NCBI GenBank assembly: GCA_017654855.1
Contig: CM030333.1
Coordinates: 3,224,001 to 3,288,000, forward strand
DNA length: 64,000 nt
Source: Podospora anserina
Lineage: Eukaryota
Direction: 5' to 3'
Under the pieces are notes generated by a model. That model was not told where the DNA came from and ran no database searches. It worked only from the letters and a program-made list of their open reading frames with translations. Below are positions 12,741 through 26,066 of this stretch, piece by piece. The number at the start of each line of letters is the position of its first letter. Position 1 is the stretch's first letter. A program made the position numbers and the translations under genes.

Positions 12741-13104
12741 TCGGAACAGAGCATCAGCACTCTCAGCTCCGATGATGACGACAAGGGTCTAGAATCTGAC
12801 TCGGATACTTCGCGCGATTGAGCTGGGAAATACCAGCGCAGGTTTTGGGATTTTCTTGTCACGAATGAATGAACGGTCGGCTTGGTTTCTGCTGCGCTAC
12901 ACGAGGGTAGGTAACTTTACTCGAACCATTTTCGCAGCTTTCATATTCATGTTTCTATTTATGATGTAACGAAACACTCTCAGTAAGCTAGGTCAATTCA
13001 AGGAGTATGTGAGATTGGCTGTTCTATCGCAGTGAAGTAAATCATCTTGGTGGATTAAGAAGTGGTCTGACGATGTTCTGAAACCTGTGTCAAGATAGAG
13101 TACC

Positions 13105-13280
13105 TTAGTTTTAAAGCTGAGATTGAAGGTAAGAAGGGGTTGGATCAAGTTGATGAAAAACTTAGGGTAAAATACCAGGAAGCTTGGATAAGGGACACAA
13201 AAAGCTTAGATTAATAAAAGAAAAGGTTGAACGATTGAAAGAGTAATAATTTTCATATAATATAAGTAAAATATTAAGGG
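13105..13280. repeat. Degenerate ~21-bp repeat, AT-rich relic; inverted relative of 2765-2905
   Basis: Units ttggatcaagttgatgaaaaac, ttggataagggacacaaaaagc, ttagattaataaaagaaaagg; TpA-rich with in-frame stops. Confidence 0.5.
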
Positions 13281-13583
13281 GTTGTGATAGGTGCGGTCAC
13301 CGTGGCAGTCCAGAACAATGGGTGCAATGATGATAAATTCTGGTGGAAGATCTAGTGCAAAAAGAGAGCTATATGTATGCCTGCTTGCCAGTGCCGTGCC
13401 AGTACCCTGCCTCCAAGTGTCCTAACAGGTTGCTTTATACGTTATGATATTGAATCCGACTCCCGCCTTTGTCAAAGTATATCACTTACTTTCGCCCCTT
13501 CTGCCCCTGAATTGCATTTGCGAAGCGTGCTCAATCTACTATAATAAGTGTCATTTACCTGCGTGAACGTCAATCACATGACA

Positions 13584-13690
13584 GGGAGCTTGGCTCAGTT
13601 GGAAGAGCGCAGGTCTCATACAAATGTATGATCTGGATGTCTAACACCAGAGTTATCCTGAGGTCGTGAGTTCGAGCCTCACAGTTCCCA
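13584..13690 (+). tRNA. tRNA-Met(CAT), elongator type, with intron ~13621-13654
   Basis: Acceptor GGGAGCT/AGTTCCC-A, D arm GCTC..GAGC, anticodon stem CAGG/CCTG with CT-CAT-A loop, T arm GTGAG-TTCGAGC-CTCAC. Confidence 0.95.
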
Positions 13691-14077
13691 CTTACTTTTA
13701 CTGCCACTTGCCACAGCAAAGGTGTTTTGTTTTGCCTGCTACACCCCAAAAGGTTAAGAGTAATTTTTATTTCTTTGCTGTGCATGGTCTACACTTTGGA
13801 AACTCTCTATGTGACCCGACACAATCCGCAAGCAAGCAAGGAGTCACAGAACACCTAAGGAGCAAAGGCAACTGGAAAAATACACTTCATTTGCATAACG
13901 AAAGTCAGAATCTAAAACAGTGCAACGTCACCTCCTAAAAGAGCGACAATGAAGAAAGAAACAAGCTCAATCCTCCACCCCATCCCGGAAACCTTCCCTT
14001 ATCCAACCCTAACCTTCCATACCCCTATTTCCTCCCCCCTTTCCCTTCTCTCCATTTCCAAATCTACTCCACCCCAT

Positions 14078-14392
14078 CTACCTCTTAACACGATAGCTCC
14101 TAATCTTCCTCGCCGGAGTCAACCGGTGGTCTCCATTCCCATTGCGATAGCTCAACCCATCGCAGTTCTTGTTGACAAACAGCTCAAAGGTGTTGGGATC
14201 AGGGAGCAACGAAGTGTCCTTGTTGAACCTTGCCCTGTTGACGTTCAGGACAGGGGTAAAAGCAATATTCTTGCAGCCCGAGTTGGGATCACGGCCAGAG
14301 GCGGTCATCTTGCGGCCGTCGGAAGCAAAGAGCTCGAGTTTCCAGGCAGAAGCCAGGGAAAGGGGGGCGAGGATGAGGGTGGAGAGCTTCAT
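14078..14392 (-). CDS. Small secreted basic protein, 104 aa, beta/gamma-crystallin-like
   Basis: Signal peptide MKLSTLILAPLSLASA, two Cys, FELFVNKNCDG...IRSYRV pattern. Confidence 0.8.
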   Translation of the reverse strand: MKLSTLILAPLSLASAWKLELFASDGRKMTASGRDPNSGCKNIAFTPVLNVNRARFNKDTSLLPDPNTFELFVNKNCDGLSYRNGNGDHRLTPARKIRSYRVKR

Positions 14393-15820
14393 TGTGGTGG
14401 ATGTTTGGTATGGAAAGTGATTGTTCTTGTCTTTGGTGATAGAGAAGTGTAGTAGTGTGATTATGATGTGGCTGCTGAGGGTGAGGGGGAGGAAAGAAAA
14501 GACTCAGATACTCGAGGCCAACCTGATCCTTTATAGAACCTCATTCCTCCTCACTTTCAACCTGCTCTCAACTTCATCACTCCCCTCCCCTCGGCTTCTT
14601 CTCCCCGTTCTTACTCCCCTTCCTGTAATTGCCTCCCATACTAAATCACCCTAGCGGCCAATCCACCATCTCCTCGGTCAACGGTGGAATTCCGATGCCG
14701 TAATTCCTCTTCCAAAAACACACCACCAAGCAGAACCCGACATTCCAGTCCCCTCTCCTATCACCCAGAGCCTTGTCTCTAGCTCACCCCTTGCATAAGG
14801 CTGCACCAGCCGACCCCATTAATAGAAGTAAGATCTGGGGTCCTCGCCCCATTTCCCCGGACCAACGCCTGCCGATCCAAGATCTTGTCTTACCAGAACC
14901 TTTGACATCGTGGCTCAGCAACCCACACCCCAATAATGCACAAGCAAACATGTCATCGCGGCTAGATTAAACCACCATATTCCCCAGCCCTTACACCCTC
15001 GGCGTTTCAAACAAAACAAACTCCAACCAAAACAAGGACCATCCTCCTATGCAACACCCCCAACACCAGCTTGGTACCGACGAGACAATAATAAAAGGCC
15101 ACAGAAGGCCTAACTTTACGAGTAAGCGTAAACTCATTGGCCCCCAAGCCCCAGCATTCCAACCCTGCGCTAAATGCGAACCGACACACCACCATAATCA
15201 TCGGCCTGGTATTTGTCCGCCAAGCCTCCTCTCTCAAAACAACCAAACCCTTCCCGTAGATCCTATGCACATGAAAAGATTGCAACGGAGGAAAAAACCA
15301 ACTTCATAAGCAAATTATCTCTGACCATACTCAAAAAGACACAGCCATTCTTTCATCAACCATGGCACCATCACGTCTCTAGAACTGCATTGACACCTAG
15401 CTGAAGAAAACCAATCCACCCTTTCCCCTTTCAAACAACAAAGTTACACAAAACATCAAAATCATGGTCGAGAAACCCTGGCGATATACTGACCCGAAAA
15501 TAAAATCAGATTCAAGGAAACCATAACCTACTAGCTTTGGCACCACCCTGACCCCAAAGCAGATAGCACATTGACCCACCATTCCCATTCCAATCATCCC
15601 TCTCTAAAGGCAAGACCAAGTAATCCAACCCCCCAAAGACCCAACCCTCACTCTCCGGCATGTCTCGAAAAAAAGAAAAGGGAAAGCCGCAGGTAACTAG
15701 GAAACGAAAATAGTCGGGTAATGGCTTCCGCCTGTCTAGGCGACACCGCCAGCAAAGCTCACCAATCTCCGGCTTCCCAACACCCTGTTCGCTGCAGAGG
15801 GCCTTCTTGGTGATTCGTCC

Positions 15821-18282
15821 TTACTTGGCCAGTTGATTCGGTGCCGTACCAGTTTGTCCAGTCTTAGCTGGAGTACCAGCATGCTTAACGACAGCTGGAA
15901 CTTCGGGGACAGCCAGGGAACCACTGAGGGCTTTCTCAAGCATGCTCACCATGGAACCCGTCACTCTTGAGCTGCTCTTCCTACTCCACTCCCTCACCTT
16001 TGCCAGTATTGCTGGTTTCTGGAGCTGCAAGTGCTTCAAGGCAATGTAACCCCAGATTTGGCAATCGGCCGGGCTGGCAGTATTAGAGTATTGGGATGTA
16101 GAAGGGGAATTGCCCAGAGCCTGGAGCCAAGGCATGATGGCATGATAGACCGTATTGCATTCTATGTTGCGATCGTACGCTTCGCTGCCGGCGTGGTTGG
16201 GTACGATTTCGTAACCAGGTTCGTTATAGTATGGCCGCTCGACAAAGATCATGGCTGGTAGAATGAGCGGTTAGTTGGAGCTTGGTCGTCTAGGTTGAGC
16301 GGAATTACATACACTGTATAGAAACCAAAACCTGTAGGATTGTCGAAACGTTTGGCACCCATCCCTGTCCATTCCATGTCCCGATCAGTGACAGGCAAAC
16401 TAACCGATCATAGAAAACGTTAGCAGCTTACTGGCTGTAAAGCGCGTGGCTAAAACATACCTTTTCCGTTTGCATACAAGTTTGGGTTGAATCTGACCTT
16501 GCCACCGCCTGTCGTCAGAAACTGCACCTTTGGTGGCGCCGTGGGAAAGTCCGAGCCACAAAGAATGTCAAAGAGGAAGATGCCATGCTCATAAGGCGTG
16601 TTCTTAGGCCCGATGATTAACACTTTGAGCATGTCTGGTCGTGACTCGCCGTAGCGGACATAGATGCCGTCGGGAAGGTCCGCGTGTAGCGATGAGATCT
16701 GCGCAAACAGCTTTCTCATCCGCTGGCCATTGGAGTTCACGACTTGGTTTTGAAAACCCGTGTAAAAGTTGGCCAACAAAAGATCATCCTTGATTCCCAT
16801 CACACCATGTAACTTGTGGTAGTCGGTCATCTTAGCCGCTGCTGCCATCGATTCGAGTTCCTTGTTTTTGGACCGTGTGACGACAGTGCTCGTTGTAGAA
16901 GCTGACGCACGGGGACCCGAGCGAGCCTTGTCGTCTTCCGGTGCGGGTTTCAGATGATGAAGAACGTCTTGCAGGTCGCAGACTTGTCGCGCAATGCAGA
17001 TTGCTTCGTCACCGCCATCCGCAGACCCAAAGCTCTTGGAACCATCCATGAAGACTCGGCAAACTACAGATAGTTTCTCCACTACCGTATAAACAGATTG
17101 TGCAGTTTCGGGTTTAATTTGGTTGCTTGATATAGCCTGCCTGGAAGGAGGCATTGAAGCCATTGAAGCCATTAGTAACTGTTGCGAGGGTGGGAAGTGG
17201 ATCTGCTGGTGGAATATGCACGAGGCGGCGTCCCAGTTTCGCGCCAACCTGTGAACAAAGAGAAGGGCTGCCTTGATAATGCCAGCCCTCGCATCCATCT
17301 CGCCAATAGCAGCTGATCGCAAAATCTCGCAAGCGAGTCTCATCATGGGAGATGCATGGATCATGACCCGTAGGCCAGGTGTGGACTCAAACTCTTTCTT
17401 ATCCACGGATGGAAGCACTTCTGCAAGTGTCAAGAAATATGAAACTGCATCTGCGGACTCGGGCGTTGGCTTGGAATTGTGGAACTGCTGAGGCTGCCCT
17501 TTGAAAGGATTGAAACTGTACGAGTCGTGTCCATAGCCAGTGCCCCTTGCAAAAGCTGTCTGCTGTTGAGGGGGCTGTTGAGGGGGCTGTAGCTTTTGCT
17601 GTTGCTTTGGCTGTTCTTTCGATGTAGGCGTAGAAATCTTCGTGGCTGTAGGTCCCTCGTAACCGCATAGTAAAGAGAAAATCACAAAGGCGCGCCCCTC
17701 GGGGCAACACCAGGACGCTCTTATGGCATCAGTTACTCGGACCGCGTTGGCCCTCTGTCGGGCCAACGATGTACCTCGAGTACCACAGGCCGAACAACCT
17801 TCACAGCCACAGTATCTGCATTTTGTAAAAGGGTGGATCATCCCTACTAGAGTCGTCAGTGTACCGCATTTGAAGCGTCAAAGTCTTGAGTGACGAAACG
17901 ACTTGCCTGCTTTGAGCATGGACTTTGTCTTCTGAACAAGGACATCTGCTGTCATGTCATTGCTCTTGCCACATTGGCAGCACTTCCACCTGTGGTATTT
18001 CTCCCTGAACTCGGCCAGATGGCTCTGTGTCTCTTCCTCTGTCACAGGCGAGAAGATCTGGGGGCTCGACTCTGGCTGGTTTTTGTATTCGTGTTCCGCC
18101 TCTTGAAGAATGCGGGCTATGGCCTCGTCGTTCAAGACTTGACGCTGGTCGTCATCGTCGTATATCAGGCTGCTAGAGCTGCTGTCTGACTGGCTCGAGG
18201 AATTGCTGCGTAAAAACCGCGATGGAGGTGCGTCCAGGTCGATCGGATTGCCCCTCCTTGATCCTGGTGGGTCGGCCGACAT
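15821..18282 (-). CDS. Large ubiquitin-conjugating enzyme (BIRC6/UBE2Z-like UBC domain), multi-exon
   Basis: IIGPKNTPYEHGIFLFD, FPTAPPKVQF, RFNPNLYANGK|VCLSLIGTW (catalytic Cys), ERPYYNEPG; three introns. Start ATG 18282 is tentative. Confidence 0.88.
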
Positions 18283-19881
18283 GATGAAAGCTGTTAACCC
18301 GGTCAGTAACCAGAATGGTCGAAGATATCTTGAATCCCGGATCCGTTCCAAACGCCCCCTTAGCACAAACCACAATGTTTGCGATAACGTAACAATCAAG
18401 ACATTCATGATAATGCCACTGATATTGCAGGGGGGTGCATTACAAAGTGGTCCTGATGGGATATTCATGGCGGAGAGAGCAGGTTTGACTTACGCATGGT
18501 TGGGTAGGCGAGAGTATTGCTGACCCCGCTGGGAGACGTGCTAGGAAGCTCGTTTGCTTTCGAAGAGCCCGCTGGTGACGTCGACGGCGCTGACAGAGAG
18601 GGGGGATACTGTACGGCTTTCTTGGTGGGTCCTAGCATTGTCCGGAGCTGCTTCGGGGGTTGGCTTGATGCATCATCTTCTGCGATGCGTCTTTTTGATG
18701 GCCGGAAGATGCTCTGAACCTTCTGCATCCTCATGCCCAGTCTCTCCTTAAAAGGCGGCATGGCAGATGGTTGAGAGCTGCCCGCGTGTGGAAACGCAGT
18801 GTCGAGAGTGTGGGGATCTGGGCTACCTAGGTATCCAGTACCCAACATAGGGTGAAGTCAAATGTCAGGCGTTGAAGTGGGATCCGGCGGTGCTTTGGGG
18901 AGAACGCAAGCGAAGTCTAAAAAAGAAGTTCGACGGCGCTCTAGACTGATGATTTCGTTTCTGCCAGTGTGACCTTGTTCTCTTTTGTTGCCTGCTTAAG
19001 TGACTGTGACGATATCCAGTAAGCAGCAAGCTCAAATCCACCCAGACAGGCGGACGGTGAATTTGATGGCTTGCGAGTTGCTCCGTAAAGAAGCTAGCCA
19101 AGGGAATGTGAAACCCGTGTTGACGGATTGTGGGGCATCCAAATCTTGAGGGCTTGGGGTGAGTATATTGAGGCGTTTCAGGCGTTTGTCGGGTGTCAAT
19201 GAATGAAGGTGAGCTAGCTGCTATCACAATAGCTTGTTTTTATTCCCTCTGGAGAGCAGATGTTAATCACTTGTTGCGACGCTGCCGCCGGGGAAGTCGA
19301 CAATAGCCCCCAAATCCAGAGGAAGCAAACACCAAAGTTGCAAATAGTGAGCTCAGATGACGGCGACGTCGAGGTCCTGGGTGCAGCATCTGACCTGCCC
19401 GCTTTGCAGCCCGCAGTTTGCCCGAAGAGCCGTTGGCTTCCTATGGGTAGGCAACCTGTGTGACTGCACCTATCAAAGCTCCCAGCTGTGGCTGTCGGAG
19501 CCCGGGCCAACCGACAGGCAGCACCTGCCCGTGACTTGACTTCCGTTCCACCTCATTGACCAACCGATTAATGAAGGTGCCTTGTTGGCCTGAGCGGGTC
19601 AGGACAGCAAGCCAACGGCGGCATTGTATGAAAGAGCAGCCATCCAACATGGAAGGAACAATGCTAACACTCGTACGGCACGATGGCCTCATGCACTCGG
19701 CTCTTAGCTCCTTCCACAAAATGCAGCGGTGGCATTCTTCTCCCGTCTTTGCCGAGAGGATGAGTACATCCCCCCAAAGAACCTGGAACACACCATCACG
19801 AGTATCATGCTTTTGTTTGTACAAAGCAGCACTACCTCAACAGACCCGTACACAGCGCACACATTTTCTTTCGGCCCTGCC

Positions 19882-22265
19882 ATGAAGCGGTGGCTCGCAG
19901 CCCTCGCACCATCGGCTCTCGCAGCAGCCCAAGATATCACAACCCCCTCCATACGAATTGAAACTCGAGTTCCCTTAAACTCAAGGCTCTGCAATGTATA
20001 CGTCGAACACGTGCAACCTGTCAAAGGTGCTGTCGACTTCAGCTATGGCTCCTGCCAGCAGCTAACCCCACACGACTCCCACCACTTTATCGCGACCAGC
20101 ACAGATGCCTCTCAGGACCGACTCGTTTGGACGCTACCCGAGGACATCTTTTCTGGCGGATGCATTTCGGCATGGAGCACCACCACAAATGTCTTGCTGG
20201 GCAGAAGCGAGGTGCAACACCTGGATCTCCACACGATGGCCCGAAGACGACATGCCCGCCTTGCCCGCCGCAGCAATGACCCCAACAGCATTTTGATGGA
20301 CAATTCTACAGGTGTCAATGTTTGGGGACCATGGTTTGATGGTGTCGAGGTGCTCAAGAATGCCGAATGCAGCGCTATCGATTCAGCTGCAGCCAAGCAG
20401 AAAAGCATTGCCATTGTCGGCGCTGGCATGTCTGGTCTGATGGCGTACCTTTGCTTGACCCAACAGGGACTTACCAGTGTCAGCCTTATTGAGGGTGGAG
20501 ATCGTCTCGGTGGTCGGGTTCAAACGGTGTACCTGAGCGGTGGCCCTTTCGATTACAGCTACCAAGAGATGGGTCCCATGCGAGTTCCCATGACGCTTAC
20601 TGTTGCCAACCAGACGTACAACATGTCGGACCACCAACTCGTTTTCCAGCTGGTAGAGGAGATGAATATGCTCAATAAAGACGACGACGACCTTCATATT
20701 GACCTTATCGACTGGCTCGAGGCTGGTAGCCGTACACTTCCTCGTGATGGTGGATCAAACCGTGTGGGTGAGGTTGATGGGCAACAAGGGAGACCTGACA
20801 ACCAAGGCGCTGTGGGCCAGCTGGGGATGTCTGTGGAGGAAATCTTTGACAAGGTCAACAAAGCTTTGCCGTGCGAGGACTTTTGTGTGGAGATGGCCAA
20901 CAACATGTTTACTGCTCATCGCAAGTGGCTCGGTATGTCTCGTCTTTTTCATTTCCGTGGCTATTGTATTAATCAATGTTGCAGAAAAGGGACTGTTTGA
21001 CCTTGCCGGAAACCAATGGAGCGAGTTTGCCTTCACGGCTGAGTACCTCAACAACAATGTCAATAATACTCATTTCGGATACTGGGGTAAAGGGGCTTCG
21101 TCGTTCTGGGACAAGGTATACCGGTCAAAATCTTTGTAGCCTGATTAGCCTGCTGACCTGGTTTCAGCTTTGCGAGGATTTGTATTTGAATACAACGACT
21201 TGGAAGACCATCGATGGAGGTACGGACTCTGGTGATTGCAGAAGTTCTGAGTCCAATGCTGATATATTGGGCACTTGCAGGCATATCACGACTTCCACAA
21301 TCTTTCGGGCCTCTTGTTGAAGGCGCAATCACCATGAATCGGCGGATCGACCGGGTACAACCATCACTGGTCCAGCGCACGGTTACCTTGCAGTCCAAAA
21401 ACAATGGCACCGGAGACATTGACAGCACGACACATGACTACGTTCTCTTTGCCGTTCCTTTTTCGGCCATGAGACACTAGGAGATCTCGGAGCTCAGCGA
21501 AATCATGATGGAAGCCATCTCGACTCTTCCATACACATCTGCATGCAAGGTGGCGCTGGAGTTTGAAACTCGGTTCTGGGAACACCTCGACCAGCCGATC
21601 TACGGATCATGCTATATTGCGGGACCAGATTACCCCGGCATCGGGTCCGTCTGTTATCCATCCTACAATATCAACGGCACTGGCCCAGGCGCCCTCCTCG
21701 GGTCCTATATTTCGAATCCAGAATGGACTGAGAAGTGGATGGCGATGAATGAAAACGAGCATGTTCAGTATGTTCTGGATGCCATGGTTGGAATTCACGG
21801 CAGTGTTGCCCAAAAGCAATACACTGGCAGATCCAGTCGGGTTTGTCAAGCTTTGGACCCCCTTGAGGGTGCCAGCTGGGCGGATCCTACTGTTGGGCAG
21901 CATCAGCTTTACTTGCCTGAGTATTTCAAGACACACAACAATGTGAGATTCTAGTATGAGGCATGTTGATGGCCGTGTACTGATGAGATGGAACAGATGA
22001 TCTTCATTGGGGAGCACACCAGCTATACACATGCTTGGATTGCATCGGCTCTTGAGTCGGGTATTCGTGGGAGTGTTCAGCTTCTACTGGGTAAGTTGAT
22101 ATTGAGGAAGAGATGGCGGCGGCAGTTGACTAATTTTGTGACAGAGTTGGGGCTTGTCGACGAGGCAAAGGCTACTGTGGAAAAATGGATGGCGAGGTGG
22201 GTTGAAGTGGTGAGTGAAGTTTTGTATCGAGCAAATGTCGATTTGTGCTAACGCATGAATAGTAA
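19882..22265 (+). pseudogene. Secreted L-amino acid oxidase (flavin amine oxidase) with in-frame TAG at 21478
   Basis: Signal peptide, IAIVGAGMSGL, DRLGGRV, YQEMGPMR, ACKVALEFETRFWE, FIGEHTSYTHAWIASALESG; several introns; internal stop AMRH*EISEL. Confidence 0.8.
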
Positions 22266-24748
22266 GGAGTGTGTTGTGGATTACGGTATTGAAAAGAAAA
22301 GGAGGTGATTGTTACATAAGCAGTAGTTGTTGAATCTATAGGTGCAGCAGCTTCAAAAATCAGGGGAAACACATTCTTTTATTCAAATTTCTCAGCTGGG
22401 CCAATTTGTATTGATGCACACCAATGCAGTTAAGAGTTGGTTTAGATGCAAGTCTGACGCAGAGATGAGACTCCGTCGCCCTGCATAACAAGGAGATTTG
22501 AACGGTGCGGTACCTACAGTAGTGGTGTAGCATTGCTGCGTGTCAGAGAATCAAGCGTTGTTGTTCCACCCTAGCATGGAGCGGCTAGGGTAGGTATAAT
22601 AAATGTCCGAGATAAGGGGGTGTGATGAGGCGGGCATGGGGGTTAGCTTGGGGGAAAGTTTGGTGCGGGTGGCACGTTCTGGACAGGATAACTGGCACTG
22701 TGAAAGCAGGCAAATTATGCCTCAAAAGATAAATAGTCGATAGTCTTCAGATGGTAATCACTAGTCTTTTAAAGATAGTTGATGGGCCTTTAAAGATATT
22801 TGCAAGGCCTATTGACTTTCTTTCGTGGCATGGTTCCCCATGTAATAAGGGGCTAACTTACCTGGTAGTCTTGCTGTGCCAATCAATTGTGGTGAGGGTG
22901 TGGGCGGTTAGGTGCCGCTGGTGATGAGGGTGGTGTTGCATGGGTGGTGGGTTTCTAGAAGGGTTCTCTTGAGTTGGAGGTGGTGAAACTCATGTTTTGT
23001 GGGATGTTGCATTCATGGCGCGATGCGCATGATGTTGGCAAGGAAGACTACTGCAACTAAAAGATGACAGAGATCACGATGTTGGTTGCCGCTGTGGGCT
23101 ACTGCTGCTAGGCAACTGCGCTCTGAATGTATTTCAGGAGGTGGATGGTAGTTTGAATAAGGGGGTGGTTTTCATACAATGTGGAGATCATGATGAGGGT
23201 ATTGTCGAGGTATCGAATTTCATGTCTTGCGGCATCGAATTACTCGGGTTTATCAGTGCGGGAACAGGGAGCTGGGGATCGGCACGGGGGAGCTGGGTCT
23301 GGTTATTGTACGGTGTGGATGAGCGGAGTTAAATGGCGGTGGTTCTCATTTGAGTTGGTGATGAAGAGAGTCTCTTGGATATGGGACAAGATAATGTTGT
23401 GAGGGGTTGAAACTTTGCCGGGGTGAGAGACATCAGATGTGGGATGTGGCACCGCAGGCATATGAAGAAGTCACATCATCACACCCTCTCACACTGTGTT
23501 GGTTCTATCTCAAACCTGAGGAGGTATTGCATTGCGCGATGAGACACAAGGCCGCAGGAACGAAACGATCTATATGTATTTGGGAATATGCCTGTCTTAA
23601 GCCTTTTTCCTCTTCAAGACAGCCTCAGATCCTGGTCCCTGAGAACCGCAGTGTTGGAACCACCTTCCTCTTTGGGGGCTTCTTCTATGCAGCTTGGGGG
23701 ACGATAGATTAAATTTGACACGGTGCATGCTGAAGAATAGTCCCGACTCTATGGTTGAAGGCTACGGCTACGGGAGGAAATGGCACAGCAGCGGAGGTGA
23801 AGAGTCAAAGCACATGATCCCATATGGCTGGTGGATGGCTGATCAGGTTGGGAAAATCGTTATCAGTTCAAGTTGTCGTGTCTGGAGCCCCAGAAAATAA
23901 GCTTCTGCCAAGGCGGACAGAGTGGAGGACGCTAGGCTTTGCTGGGGACAGCCCTGTGGGGGTCTGGAGTGTGATCTCTTCTTGCCCAGAGAAAGCCGAG
24001 ACTGAACAAAGCAGGGAAGGGTATCCGGCAAGATAAGAAATTCTGTTCTGGGTGGTGGTTATAAAAAGAAGGATTCAACTTGCATATGAAGACCATCATC
24101 GAGTCTGGAGTGTGCTGCTCATGAAGTTGCCGCTCAACTGAGAGACACACTGGCCAAGCGGGGCAACAAGTGCACTGGCAGGTTACACAAGCAGGCTGTT
24201 CGTGATCCCGTCTTACCGCAGTTTTCCATCTGCTGGTGGACCTGTTGCCAAAAGTCGTCCAGCATTCGAAACGCATCTCTTCAGGCACTTCCAAAGTCCA
24301 CAAAACAACCTGTCAGATCAGGGCATGCTATCTCAGGAAGGAGTTGCGCCAAACCCGATAGGGCGGTTACCATCTTCTCAGCCAAGGCGGGCCTTTGAAG
24401 CAGGACATTTGCCAAGAGATAAGAAACTGGCCAATCACACAACACCGTTTCCCCGTGTAATCACGGGCTTGCTTGCTTCAACCCATCTTGCTCGCTAAAC
24501 CAGACCTCAGAGTGGTTGCATCGGTTGGGTTTTCATCCAGAATAAAGCACATGAATGACTTGTCGCCACGGATCCTCGGCTCCCAGGCACTGCTTCTATT
24601 GAAAGGCTGCAGGTCTTGGTTCTGTCTCTTTCTTGTTTGTCTGTCAGACGGGCAGAATATCGAGAGAGAATCCGCCTGCGGGGCGCCACGAGGGAGCCAA
24701 AGAAAGGCGGACGCATGGTTGATCATAGCGCTTGGTTCCTGGTGGAGC

Positions 24749-26066
24749 TGATAAGGATAAGCAAAGAGATGGCTGATTTCTGTTTCTCTTTCTAGTCGTG
24801 TGAAAATTCTTTTGTAATCCATATCAACACGGTCAAGATACACCGCTTTACGGGATGGGTTCAAAGGCCAATAGTTTAGCCTCTTATCTCTGGAATGGTT
24901 TTCTTGCTAAACAACAAACAAACGAGGTAAAGACAGCGCATCGGTCCATCCTCTATTCTCGATTTGTTCTAGAGGCCGGTACAAGTGATGTCGGAATGGC
25001 GGTTTCGGGCGTTTGTGGCGTCCAGTTTAGCCTCTGCCCTTACCCGTTGCCCGAGGAAGGCACATACATCACGGACTGCGCTCTCCGTTGGGCTGAGTTG
25101 GGTGAGGTTCACGGTAGAATATGTGTCTGGTACCAGTCCATGCACACGAAAATTGGCCTACACGATCGAGCCACTCAGTCGATCGAGTTGGCGAGAAATG
25201 TCACCTCCACGGTCGAATATACAGGGAAACACGCAGAGCCAGCCAGTCACTGCATGCAACCCTGCATCGGATCCACGCCTTGCAGTGACATGAGTGACTG
25301 CAGGCGGGAACGAGAGGCACAACCTGGGGAAGCGACCAATGATCAACAGGGTCCCAAAGACTGCCTGGCGTCCAAAAGTGTGGAATCCAATATCAAAATG
25401 GAAATTTGTAGACGCTCTCTTTCAGCTACATACACCTTCCCAAGAGAGGCCAAAAAATCATCATGGTAAAGATCAGCTGCAAAACGACAGCCTCACACCG
25501 AGTTTCATCAGGTGAGGTTGACGCTGTGAAACCCAAAATGGTGGAGTGAGAAGACATCATTGGCCCGTGTGTCCCAGCCCCACTCGATTTGGCAACCTCC
25601 TTCTTCCCCTCCATCAACCTTTCCGGCAAACCTGCCAGTGTCCGACCTCGCGATGCGGTAAACACCTTCACTTTCATGAGCCGAAAGAGACGAACCTAGC
25701 CCAACCACTTGGATTCATGCCATCATGATCGATAAGGTATACTAGTTTATTCTCGGTCTCTCCACCTTCGTACCGACTCCTCCACTTGACAGATCCGGCC
25801 TGACGATTTTGGGGGGGGGAAAGACACGATGCCAAGGCCCTACCCAGCGGGAAGCGTGCTGCTCGCCCGGATCAACACGGGACTCGGGAGTGGCAGGGAT
25901 GCAGAGGACAAGACAGACCCCCCACCAAACCGCTGAGAACGCCCAGCTCCTTATCAGTGAGACCCACCAATCCATTGAGCATGCAGCACCTTGGCGAGCA
26001 GAGCAGTCCTCCAGGAAGGGAATGGAGGCACTTCTGAGGGTGATAATGACGAGGATGGTCTTATCG
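24749..26066. promoter_or_regulatory. GATAA (AreA/NIT2-type) sites upstream of the ammonium transporter
   Basis: Tandem TGATAAGGATAAG 24749-24761; further GATAA/TTATC at ~24884, 25731, 25951, 26042, 26061. Confidence 0.45.

Noticed and set aside
18465-18848. 127-aa minus ORF upstream of the E2 gene
   Set aside because: No domain; may be an extra 5' exon or a separate small gene, but no splice model could be supported.
22855-22868. AACTTACCTGG resembling the U1 snRNA 5' end
   Set aside because: No U1 stem-loop I motif or Sm site follows; equally a minus-strand CAG/GTAAGT donor-like sequence or chance.
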